Source: Azolla caroliniana
Lineage: Eukaryota; Plantae; Polypodiophyta
DNA: 64,000 nt
Direction: 5' to 3'
Assembly: GCA_043228905.1 (NCBI GenBank)
Contig: JBHGNT010000006.1
Location: forward strand, 5,022,001 to 5,086,000
Position 1 is the first letter of the stretch. The number at the start of each line of letters is the position of its first letter. A program made the translations under genes and the position numbers. The notes under the pieces are model-generated. The model was not told where the DNA came from. It was given only the letters and a program-made list of their open reading frames with translations, and made no database searches. Below are positions 39,341 to 52,201 of this stretch, piece after piece.

Positions 39341-40375
39341 TGTCATAGTATATTTCATACACTACGTGAAAAACTTATAAAGTACCGATTTAATAAATAT
39401 GAATAAATAGTAGAAAATATTAAAATATATATAACATGCATAGGGCAAGACTCAAACCTTGCACCTCCATCTTAATAATGTAATGTCTTACCATTGCACT
39501 AGCATTTCATTAGTGTTAAAAAGTAGATGTTCCACATAGAAAACTTAGTTCGCTTAAGATAAACTTTAGTTAAAAGAAAACGCGTGCTAAAAGAAAAAGC
39601 TACACATGCACATCTAGCGTGCATGAACGCTATAGTTGATAAAAAACGCACAAGTTAGAAAAAGCATGATCACTTTAGATAAAGCATATAGTCTATCTAT
39701 AGGAAAAGCATGGAGTCTATAGTTAGAAAAAAAAAAAAGCATGGATTCCTAAGACTCCCTCATCACTACATAAGGATGGGGAGCACAATGTAATAGGTGT
39801 GTGAAATACTTGGATATTGGATATATTTCTGAAAACACCAACCAATTAATATAATCGTGGGATTCACGAAAATAATATAATCTATACTTGTGGGATTCAC
39901 AAGTTTCTTATATCTTTCTTTCAATCTAAATACATATTCTTATCTAAATATTGATTAATCGAATACAATACACACATGGGATTCACGAAATTTCTATCTC
40001 TCTTTCTAATAATCTATTCATTACTAGCCTTATCTTATATTCTTCTTTCTCCTAGTTCAAAACCTCAGTGGATATGTAAGGTGTGTAAAAAAATATTTGG
40101 AAACAGGATATGTTTCTAAAAAACACCAATTAATAAACTATACTCGTGGGATTCACGAGGATTCTATATCATTCTCTTTCAACCCAAATTTATATTCTTA
40201 TATTCATATTGATTAATCTAATATAATACACTCGTGGGATTCACGAGTTTGCTATAACTCTTTCTTACAACATATTTATATTCTTATTAGCCTTAAAACT
40301 CTCCTCTTCCTAGTCCAAAACCCCAGCAGTTCCCACCCGACTCACGCAAACGATCCGGCGTCGAAAGGCACGACA
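39341..40375 (+). mobile_element. Solo LTR C, related to A/B, opposite orientation
   Basis: TGTCAT...CACGACA termini; 4-bp TSD ACGG (39337-39340, 40376-40379); 3' end CCTAGTCCAAAACCCC... homologous to revcomp of A/B LTR ends; internal ~285-bp duplication. Confidence 0.8.
39436..39506 (-). ncRNA. tRNA-derived A/B-box cassette in solo LTR C
   Basis: Minus strand TAGTGCAATGGTAAG (A box/D arm) ... GCAAG-GTTTGAGT-CTTGC (T arm/B-box-like). Confidence 0.5.
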
Positions 40376-42892
40376 ACGGGAACCAAGACCACAAACACCC
40401 ATCGAAGATCCCGAAATCTGGCACACATATACAGAGAGACTTTACCAAATCCCAAACCAACCACCCATTCTAGTGCCTTCTACACCCCGACCTACTATGG
40501 GGACACTCTTCACGACCTCTAGGGTCACGAAGGTCATAAAGAAATTAAAACATAGGAAGTCCATGGACCACATAGGAGTGCGAGCAGAATACATCATATA
40601 TGCGAGAGAGTGCCTAGCTCCCTTGCTAACTCTAATCTTCAATCGTGCCCTCACTGAGGGTTTTCCACCACAATGGACTATGAACACAGTGGCCCCCATA
40701 TATAAAGGAGGGGACCCCATGGACCCAAATATATATAGGACCATTATGATAGGTCATACCCTTGCTAAATTATATAGTGCAATAATGGAGGCAGAGCGCA
40801 CCTGAACAGGCTGGCTTTAGACGAGCCTTCTCCACTATTGATCATATCTTCACACTTAGATGCTTAATTGACTAGACTAAGGCTCGCAAGAAGAGGTTAT
40901 ATTGTTGTTTTGTGGACTTTCGCAAAGCCTTTGACACGGTCCCTAGAGAGCGGTTGTTTGATAGGCTTAAAAGCTTGAGGATACCAGATGACATGGTTTG
41001 GGCCATCTACACACTATATGAACAATTGTTTGGGTATGTTCGATGCCTAGGTGGCCTATCTGATTGTTTCACTAGCACTATTGGTGTAAAACAAGGTTGC
41101 CCCCTATCTCCAACTCTTTTTGGGATCTACATTGATGAGATCACAGATTTTATTGCTCGTAAGGGAGGCAACGGAGTAGTCCTTGGGGATACTCAGGTTC
41201 ATATCTTGCTCTATGCAGATGACATAGCTTTGCTCTCTAAATCTGAACACAACCTACAAAGGCACCTTAATGCCTTAGATGACTTTTGCGCACAACGAGG
41301 ATTGGTAGTTAATATATGGAAAGATTCATCTCAAATTCTCTAAGGTTTTTCAATTGCTCTTTTGCATTTTTGAAACGCATTTTATGTAGTCCAAACACAG
41401 TTTTGTCCTATGATAAGGGAAAACTAAAGTCCTTATCTTCCACACATCAGCCCAAGTAAGAGCTAAGTGTCACCTAACTATCTCCCATAGCCTAGTTGAG
41501 GTGGTTGGATCATATGTCTATCGCGGAGTCACTTTCAGTGCCCGCTCAGGTAAATTTTCGATGACACAAGCAACGAAGGATAGACTTACGAGAGGACGTG
41601 CATCCCTCTCACTCCTCGAGAGACAATGCCATCAAGCATACTTTCAAGAGCAACGGACTAAAGGGTGACTCTTTGACTCATTAGTGACTCCCTCCCTCAT
41701 GTATGAATTAGTGGTTTGGGCTCCAAGACTACTATCTTTCATGTGGATGCAATTAGAGAGACCATTGGTGATGTTGTTATCACGCCAACTCTGAAGCAAA
41801 TGGACAGTACCACATGACATTATTAGGGTTGAGTTCACTCTACCCCCGATGTTAGTAGAGGCACTTTTTCAACTTGTAGTCTTTATACATAGGATATTAC
41901 ATAACCAACCACATGATAGAATATCCCATCAAGCCTTTAAGGCCTCTCGATCATTGTATGAGTCCAGCTATACTAGCTCATGGTATGGCATGATGGTGAG
42001 TTGGCTTCTTGCGAATGGTCTAGACATTAATAACCTCCCCCCCCCCCCCCCCCCCCCCCTTAAGTATGACCACGCGATTGATAACACTTTAATCTCTCAT
42101 GAGGACCGCAATAAAGTAATACACCAAGAAATATGGCAAATTTACACTTGGTATAAATGGATCACCCCACTAGAGCCACTTCCATCTAAAATGTTGTACT
42201 ATAAGGAACACTTGATGCACTTCTCTAAGTTAGGTTTTATTACGTGGCCAAAATATCTAGATGTATTCTTACCACATGCACTAAGGGTTGCCATTGGTCA
42301 ACTTAGAATATCATCTCACCAACTTGAAATTGAAAATGGATGTACTAATGGAGTCCCTAGGGAGGAAAGGATATGTATGTTATGCAACATAGCGATAGAG
42401 GATGAGTACCACTTTACATGCAAATGTCCCACCTACGCCGAGATAAGGGCAAAATACCAAGACATACTTGGTTCATCTCCCACCCTCCCTAAATTATTAG
42501 ATACTCTAGATATAAAGAAATTAGGCAGATACATCCTAGAACTAAAACAACACAGAGAGAATAAGTTACAAAATGTTGACAATAATGTTGCTAATGTTCA
42601 CCAACATGTAACAAATGAAGTTTTTTAGGAACAGGGGAAGACAACAAATGTCAACACACCTGCACCACTCGGGCTTTTCCTTGATGAAGCAGAAAATCAA
42701 AGAAGAATCAAACACCCTCGGATGTCAGGTTTCAAAGCAACTCAACGTGGTGTAGAAGCAATAAAGAAAATAAGAGAACGTGAGCTACACTGCTTAGAAG
42801 CCATGGCTGGGGCACTCTATACACCAGGACCATGGGTCACACCCACACCAAAACCCTTTGACCTCCCACTTCTTTTTGAGAGGCTTGGGTAG
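40376..42892 (+). pseudogene. LINE ORF2 RT and C-terminal CCHC region, with stops and frameshifts
   Basis: PIYKGGDPMDPNIYRTI, FVDFRKAFDTV, GVKQGCPLSPTLF, LLYADDIAL, KTKVLIF, LRISSHQLEIE, ERICMLCNIAIEDEYHFTCKCP. Confidence 0.92.
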
Positions 42893-43181
42893 AATTGAAA
42901 TTAGGCTTAGTGCAAAGTCACTTCTTTTTTATCAAGTATACCATGTTTTGTACACTACTAGAACTCTTTTAGCTTAAGTTATTTTTACTTTACTTTTATT
43001 TTAGTTATGATGATTGGATAAATACCCATTTTGTTGTAAACCAATTGTCTCATGGGCCAATTTTGGGCTTAGAATACGTTAAATATATCTTTCTTTCTTT
43101 TCTCTCTCTATTTCTCTGTGCTGCTAGACAGCAACTACCTGTATATAGCTAATCTAGATCAACCTCTCAGCTCTGATACCA

Positions 43182-43818
43182 TGTTAGCAATATTGAGAAT
43201 TGATTAGATAGGTATATATAGAGTTACAACCACAGAAAAGGATATATGAAAACAAAACTTCTATTACATATAAGAGTAGCTCACAATGGTAGTTCACCCA
43301 TGCGCTCACACCTTGGAGCTTAGATGGGATCTGGACCAGCTTACTACAAAATTAGTGGGGACTGATGATCAATCCACCATTGTGTAAGAGAGTGGATTAT
43401 ATTCTCTGTTTGGTCTAAGTGTAACATTAAATATGCATGTCAGTTGATAGTAGTGGAGATATTCCTTTTCTGTCAACTGACTTGTCATTTAATATGACAC
43501 AACTCCCTAGATACAAGCTAGTGCTAGATAGTACTTATCTTGAAGTCAATGGCACATACTTCAAGACTAAGTACATTGTAACTTGCCCACAAAATATTCT
43601 AGTTGACTTGATTAGCCAATCCTATTACCTATTTCGCTCTTTCCTAAATCCATTGTCCTACGCATCTACAGTTTCCTAGATTAACATCTTATCGACCCAT
43701 ATGGTCGAGTTGCACACTAGTTGCTCCTCATTTGGGGCGCTATCACAAAATGTGCACTCTAAGAGCACATATGGGGATAGATTTACAACTTGGGGCTGAT
43801 CACTGATTATATCTAACA
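43182..43818 (-). repeat. Copia 5' LTR
   Basis: TGTTAG...CTAACA, adjacent PBS, TSD GGAAA. Confidence 0.95.
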
Positions 43819-44314
43819 GGAAAGGATTTCAAGAATGCATTTGCATTGCATATGTTTTAACCATTGTGGAGGTCACTTTTGTTTGAGTAACAATGCATGA
43901 GAATTATATTGAAACCATAAAACACAACCAAAGAACCAAAACATAAACAAAAATAGACAGTATCCTCATGTATTTTGTATTGTAAGCTTCTTAATGGAGT
44001 CATACTTGTGTTAATACAACACGACCAGCAAACCCAGCATTATCTCAATTCTCGGATATGAACCAAAAACAGACCAATGTGCATATACAAAAATGATCAC
44101 GCACTAGGAAACCTTGAAAGACTGAAAATAATAGGAAGAATGAAAAGTAATGATTGCCTGGAAGATTCTTATATTGGTTTCTAAATTATGAAAAATTGAC
44201 ACATGCTGCCCCAAATGTGAATTGTCCATGGCATTGAAAATATATTATGGGGAACAACACATGAGGAATGTACCCAAAAATACATGATTTGCTATAAAGC
44301 ATTGTCAATTATGA

Positions 44315-47300
44315 TTATGGCTGCATTGCATGGAGTGGAGACTCTACCTCAAGATTATGAGCATCAATGATCTCTTCAGGAAGATCGGGTACCATATCTT
44401 GAGCATCAGAGTTCTGACATGAAATATTCCCCAGTACGTTTAACTGGCGTAAGGCTTCATAAACTCCAATCCCGACCGATACAGCAAGGTTTAACGATCT
44501 AACGTATGTGTCCACCATTGGTATCCTCACTTTCCCCCCACCATAATTCTGCTCATCAGCACAATCCTGCAGAGCTTCTGGAGAAAGGCCAGTAGTTTCC
44601 GCCCCAAATACAAGCCAGTCACCTGGCTTGTATTTCTTTTCCTGTAGTTAGAAATCATAATATCATCTATCAGCAGTTGCAATTTTACTTAAATTCAGAT
44701 ACAGGGAATGAGAGAATATAAATCATTGATACAATAATACCATCAATCAATGTTGGTAACTCCTCTTTAAATTCAGACACAAAGAGAGAGAACAGAAATC
44801 ATTGAAAGTTACACATAATGTGGGGACACGTAACAAAGATTACAACTGCTGATGTTAATTAACTCATAGAAACTAGCAAAAGAAAAATGTATTTGAATAT
44901 ATCCATGAGTACAGCAGTGGTGCTAGAAAGAGAGAGTAAAGAGGATTACATTACATCCACAAAAGGTCCTGAAGACATATTTAAGGGACAGAAAATTGAT
45001 ACAACAAATGAACAATCCACTTCAGAGAGGTCTGAACATTAATAAAAAAACTGTGGTTTAAATTAACTAAAGCTGTAGTTTTGATGCAAAAGTTAGTCAA
45101 GCCAAGTCTCTAATATAATCATGTTCCCATACTATGTCAGAAAGCGAGAGAGATTACAGTATACAAGCAAGTTCCCCTTTTCGTAAATGCCACGAGCCTC
45201 TTTTCACCTTCCTGCATGGAAACCATCATCCATCCTCATTAATGTGTCCATGATAAAGATGTGGGCAGATGCATAAATACCTGTTGCTTGAAGAAATCCA
45301 TGAATTCCCTCCATGAAGCATGTACTTTCACAAAAACATATCTGCCCAATTTTAAGGCAAGCAATGGATATCATTGCAGTTGTAGTGAACTTATCAAAAC
45401 ATATTGAAGAAGAATTGCTCTTTCAGGGTCAACCATGGAAAAATGGGGGCAATAAAAAGGAAGTCATGGGTACTGTTCCCAAAAACATTAGACCTTAAAG
45501 CTATCCAAAAAGTAAAACCATCACTATATCCCATTAAAAAGAAAATTCACCTGTCAACATCAGGAGTTTTTGTGAGTTGGAAACAAAAGAAATGCTCATA
45601 TCAAGCAGGATACGGCCAGTAATCTAGACCAGCTCGCTTCAATTTTGCATCATCGATTTGAAACCCGAGAGGCTGCGAAAGGTTATAAAACACCACATAA
45701 AATGAGAAATCAAATGGAAACATGATATGAAAACATGGTAACACAATATTAAATGTAGTATTCTGCCTACTTAATGTTATCCCCAGCATGTTCGGGATTA
45801 GTGGGCATGGCATGACATCCATCCGGTCATTTCCTATGTTACAACTATCAATGGAATAAACAGAAGTTATGACAATGTTCAGAAATAGAAGTAGGCACCA
45901 AGAAAAATTGTATTTCAGCCATATCTCTCTACAGTCAGAGGCTCCTAAATTATATGAAGCTCATTTGATATTCAAGCCGCATCCAAAGCAACCATTCCAA
46001 TGGCTCTTTAAGGTTTGGTTTATACTGAGTTTTTTAGCTTTGGGAGAATATTCCAAGTTCAAGCCAAGTTTGCTTCTGTGCTCAAAAGAAAGACTAAGCC
46101 TTTTCAAAGATCATCCAAAACAATCTCACAACATCAATAGGAAAGTGGGAAATACAAATTGGGTCATCATGGAGGGTTTTCCCAAGAGAATAAGTCCTAC
46201 TACACATTGAGTAGCACTGGATGCTATCTCACAATTGATCCAAAACAGAGACGGGGAAGAGATCAAGTAAGCTTTCCTCTTTTCAAGGCACTCCAAATCA
46301 AAATCATTGTCTACCACATTGATGAAAGCATGACACATATATATCTCAATTTTACATTGAAATAATAATTCGGGCACTAAAAGGCTTTCCTTGCTGCGTC
46401 TTCTAACCTTTCGGTGCCTCTCTCATTTAGTATTGCCTACCCAAGTATATTTATTATGCGCAATCCTTGTGCACAAAGAACTGTTGAGGTGCAATGTGCA
46501 AGCAGGGATGGTCAAAATATTACTTAGCAAAGAAGACATTCACTGAAGATAGAAGCAACAAGTTTAGGTAGATGTATGTGAGAGAATAGACAAAAGCAAG
46601 AGAAAGCTAAAATATTCATGAAATTTGAGTATTTGTTAAATTCATGCACAAGTTGAATTGCCACCTCAATAAGATGGAGTCCCACAGATGAGGCAGCACA
46701 AGTCCTTGCAATAGATCCGGTATTTCCTGCAATCTGCATTACCAGACAGCGGCTGAGCAACCAGCAATAAATAATCTCAGAACAATATCTGGCATATGAT
46801 ATCATAAAGGTAGAATGAAATTTTGGGAATATTGCAAAGCATCCAAAACTAAAGTATTAAAACATGAAGACAAACATTAAACTGCAAATCATGGGTATTG
46901 CTGGTCCATCCAGTGATATTCAACTAAAGAATGAGCAAATTTAGCCAGCAATATAGCATGACATTTATAGCGTTTAAGGGGGATCTAAGGTAAGTTCTGA
47001 AAACAAGGTAATGTTTGCAAATGTGAAGTACCCTTGGAGATATTAATAAAGAATTCAACACTTTATTTAGCTTTTCTTTTACAAATATTATCTATAAATT
47101 GAGGGTATAAACTGTCTTAGGAAGAAAAGAGAAAGAAGGTAATAATACCCCTGGAATCTCTTGTTGTGAAATGTAGGCACTATCATTTGAAAGGTGAGAT
47201 CAATGAACTTGATTGTGAGTACAATCACTAGCGCTTCAAGTCTCCATTGAGTTCACGTTGACATTCAGAAATATATGTTCTCTGATACTGCCCTATGCCT

Positions 47301-48861
47301 TTTTTCCTGTTAGCATCTTTCAAAACTAGTGCCTCAAGTATCAATTGAGGTCAGGTTGAGGTTCAAAAATATATGATATCTGATACTACCCTATGCATTT
47401 TTTTCCCGTTAACATCTTCCAATGAGAAATTTCTGAAATTCCTCTATTAGCGTTTAACTTCCAAGTGATTTTCGAGTTCTTCTGATGGCCATTTTGCATA
47501 CTGGAAAGTCATGATAACCGTAGGCATGTTCAATGGCTACTTCCTACTCCCTCCTTGTATCCATGGTATCCAGGAAATTTCAGACTAAAGCATCAGCATC
47601 GCATAGAATATTGGATGCAAGTGAAGATGGATGCATCATCAAATTGTGGTAGAGGCTCATGCTAAATTAATGTACATCCACAACACATGGGAGCACAAGG
47701 TCTGTATGACTTATATATACTACAAAGAGTTACAAGTATGTACAGGAGGTAATGTACTGTCCACAAGTATATTTTGTGCAAGTAGTTGGAAAGGTGGATT
47801 AGAACATCATAATATAGAGTGTGCATGGAAAGAAAACAGAATTGCAGTGCATCTGTAATTTTGAGAAAACCTTTGAATTGTTCTTCAGCAGCCCAATATT
47901 ATTTCTCCTACATAGAACTAACTTGGATTCTAACATTAGATGGCCTTCATAAACACCTAATTCATATGAAGGAAAATGTACTTTATAGTGAAATCTAGCT
48001 ATATGTACTTCATTTACAATTATAATGCAGAATTCTTTGTTTTTTCTGGTATATCTTTCTTGTAACCGGGCCTGTAAACGATTCAATTCATGGTCATTGA
48101 AGTTACCTTGACTGTAAGCACCTAAATTCGATGAATAAGGCAATGCCACATATTTGAGAATTTGGCATCAAGTACCTGTGGTGAGAACAACACAATTTGC
48201 ATATGCTTCTTTATGCCGGAGTCCTTAATCGTCTCTCCTATAGAAGACACCCAAGGTCTCAAGGTGTCACCAGAAGCATGAGAAATTTCCTCACAAGCTG
48301 CATTTCAAAAAGGGATAATAGCTCATTTCAGTGTAGCTCCTGGAGGATAAATACACAACACATTTCTCGCAAAAAGATGGCACATGCATCATTATGAGAA
48401 GCATGAGACAAATTTCCTTGCAATATTTATTGAAAAGAGGTAACACTTCATTGCAACATGGCTTAAGGAGAAGTGGCAGTGTTATCATTGCTATCATCAT
48501 CCTTACACCTTCATCCTCATAATCATGATCACCATCATCAAATCACGTGCTGTGGCATCATCATCATCATCACCACCATCACCCTCACAAGCATCCTCAT
48601 TACAAACACCACCATCATAATCATGGATTAATGCAACAGGATAGAAGCAGGATTCATTGGCATAAAATGAGGAGTCATGAGAACTACACCAATTGTGTGT
48701 TCAACAAAACACTGTGTCATGAGGAATGTCGTACCTTTAACGCAGAGTGGCCTTCTCTGGAGGATGAGGGGAAGCCTCGTTGCCCATTCTTTGCAAATGG
48801 TGATGCCAAGGGAAGGAGATGGCGAGCCAGCAATTCGAAGGGGTCTGCACAGAGTGTTCAT
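44315..48861 (-). CDS. trmL: TrmL-like SpoU (SPOUT) tRNA 2'-O-methyltransferase with probable organellar transit peptide; exons 48861-48735, 48297-48176, 46733-46665, 45672-45614, 45341-45281, 45211-45158, 44641-44315
   Basis: All GT-AG junctions in phase; motifs IVLFSPQIAGNTGSIARTCAA, PLGFQIDDAKLKRAGLDYW, LVFGAETTGL, IPM...RSLNLAVSVGIGVYEALRQ. Exon 1 less certain. Confidence 0.9.
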
Positions 48862-49058
48862 GTGGGGGGTGTAGTGGAGGGGAGGAGGATTTTGTTATAG
48901 AAACCCAGACAGAGAACAGGAAGAAGAAAACCCACACAAATTTTCGTGGACACACACTTCTAACAATTTCATCCATCCATGGCTCTTCTTCATGATGTTT
49001 GGGCAAGATGTCGTTACGCGGGCATCTACCTACTTACATACATATTGATATATATATA

Positions 49059-49089
<31 letters not shown>

Positions 49090-49168
49090 ATGTATATATG
49101 TATATGTAACACGAAAGTCCGTCAAATGTCTGGGAATCCATTGAAACTATATTGCTAGTTCGCTCGAC

Positions 49169-49264
49169 CATGTCATCCCGTATGTCCCAAGTCATGGCAT
49201 CCCGTATGTCCCGAGTCATGGCATCTCATATGTCTTGAGGTATGGCATCCTGTATGTCCTAAGT
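49169..49264. repeat. 4 x 24-bp minisatellite (CATGGCATCCCGTATGTCCCAAGT)
   Basis: Units at 49169, 49193, 49217, 49241. Confidence 0.85.
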
Positions 49265-49344
49265 CACTACTTTCACCAACCTCGTCTTGCATCATCGAGA
49301 CGTTTGAAGAAAGTGTCCCTGTTCGTTCTTATTCGGACCTAAGC

Positions 49345-49950
49345 TTGAAATTTTGCATCTTCGTGATCGCTACTAGCCTCCACCACGGTTTAGCTACCTC
49401 CATTTTGCCTCTAGGATTGGGCTAGAATGGTTCAATTCAAAACTCTTGGTTTGCTCCTCAACTGTGAGATTTTGCATTTTTCGGATAGCTACAAGCTAGC
49501 GAGGTTTTGCTTAATATGGGAGTTCAAGGATGCAACCCACTTTATTCAAACTCTCCCTTTGTTTGGCCATGTCATTTTGCACATTCATAACGTTTCAAGC
49601 CTCCACCAAAGTGTAACTATCTCTATTGTCCTTGGAATTGGATTTAGAGTGTTGAATTCAAAATGCTTTGATTGACCATGTGCTTTTGCGCATTTCAAAT
49701 CTTCACTAGCCTGCAACTAGTCCCTTAATATGGGAGTTAAGGAATCAAAGCATTCCATTTTAATTCATAGTTTGCTTGATTCTATCATTTTGCACATTCA
49801 TATTGCTAAGAGCCTCCATCATAGTTTACCTATCTCCATTGTCTTCGAGATTGGATGGGGATGGTTCAATTTAAATAATCACTTTATTTAACCATATCAT
49901 ATCACTACAAGCCTCTACAAGTTTATCCATTTCCATTGTCTTTGGGATTG
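49345..49950. repeat. Degenerate longer-period repeats (TTTTGCACATTC...AGCCTCCACCA...CTCCATTGTC...GGATTGG)
   Basis: Motif block recurs near 49350, 49575, 49790, 49910. Confidence 0.55.
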
Positions 49951-51336
49951 TATTCAAAATTAAATCTGCAAGTTTATGTACTCGGTTAATAAATCTAGCA
50001 TGAAATGCGTTGGTAAAACTTGTACCGCTTCTATTAGTGTCTGACAAAATATTTGCACATCAATATCTCTATAAGTCTCCACCTTAGATTGGTCATATTT
50101 ATGGACAGCATATAGGGAATGTATGATAAATGTTCAGCTAGAATTTTGTCAATTATACTCTTAAGTATGACAAACAATTTGATGTCACCATTGCTCTTTA
50201 GTCATCTTCATGGTTGTCAAACTAAGGTAAGTAGAATATATCTAATCTTCTATTGGATAACCCATCAAAAACAACTCATGTTAAGTATCAACCAAACATA
50301 TCACAACAAGGTCCGGAGATATAGAGGCTTCTATTAGACATTAGGTAAACGTGGAAAATTCCTAAACTATAAAAGGATATAAATATAAATTCGTAAACCT
50401 TAATGCTCTTCCTAAAAAGGACACAAATGTGGTTATGTAAAATGTAAAGAAAGTACAGCAGTGAAATTATAAACTATTTAAAAGGATTTCATTGTTCTAC
50501 AAGATTAACCAAAGAGCAGAAGATTTCACGTTCCTCTTAATCATCTTGTAGTGAATTTAATCATTGTAATAATCAAGGAAGCAAATTATCAAACTTGGGA
50601 CATTGGTGATTTCTTACTTATTTTTACTTCCTTCTAAGTATAAATTACATTCCGGAAAGTACAATGACTGATAATTGATGATTCAGAGAGAGAAATTAGA
50701 GTTTGCCCTAGTAATAAGCTTATGACATCATAGCTTGAGAGTAGTTTATGTTTGCTACTCATTACCAGAAGACACTTGGGTTTGCTGAAACAACCTACTT
50801 TAGTTATGATCAAATGATCATTGATTCCACAATTCCCAGCCCTAATCACATTTAAGGAAAAAATAGCAGTTATCGTAGTTACTGAGAACGGCCCAATTTT
50901 CAAAGCAAAATGATAATAGTTTGAAGTTCTTCTGATGGTCGAATCCAATACAAAGAAAAAGGTCGGCAATCACAATTACTGAAAAAGACCCGATTTTGAA
51001 GCAAAAGCAAAACCTACCCTAAATAACTATTTGGTAATACCAGCTAATGTACAGTCACCCTTCAACAGAACTAAGCAAAATACTTAAAAAAAACTAGAGC
51101 AATTGGTTAATCATTGACTGAGGTCTTGAAAAGGCTGTAAAATCATCAACACTATCAGTAAATGTGCACTGTCCGAAGAAATAAATATATATCTTCAATG
51201 AAGAAACTGCAATATCAAACTTAAGAGTTCCATAGCGGACTTTTGAAAGTTTAAAGATACAAAATTGAAGGCAAAATAAGCACAGCATAATTCTCTCATA
51301 AAACTACGATAAGCTTCCTGGAATTCATAATCTAAA

Positions 51337-52201
<865 letters not shown>

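Larger units (their letters stand above)
31272..43100 (+). mobile_element. LINE with both ends preserved (RTE-X/CR1/L2-like, not L1), inserted in the copia leader and interrupted at ~33058-40375
   Basis: 10-bp TSD TCTCTCTCTA (31262-31271, 43101-43110); (CTTT)n tail; removing it restores a short copia PBS-to-ATG leader; ORF1 + ORF2 (APE, RT, CCHC). Confidence 0.9.
22005..43818 (-). mobile_element. Ty1/copia LTR retrotransposon (decayed), host of all nested insertions
   Basis: Paired ~637-bp LTRs; 5-bp TSD GGAAA (22000-22004, 43819-43823); PBS TGGTATCAGAGC (tRNA-iMet) at 43181-43170; PPT GAGGGGGCG next to 3' LTR; gag-PR-INT-RT-RH order. Confidence 0.97.

Noticed and set aside
49169-49264. CRISPR-like array
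   Set aside because: Head-to-tail repeats without unique spacers, eukaryotic context, no cas genes
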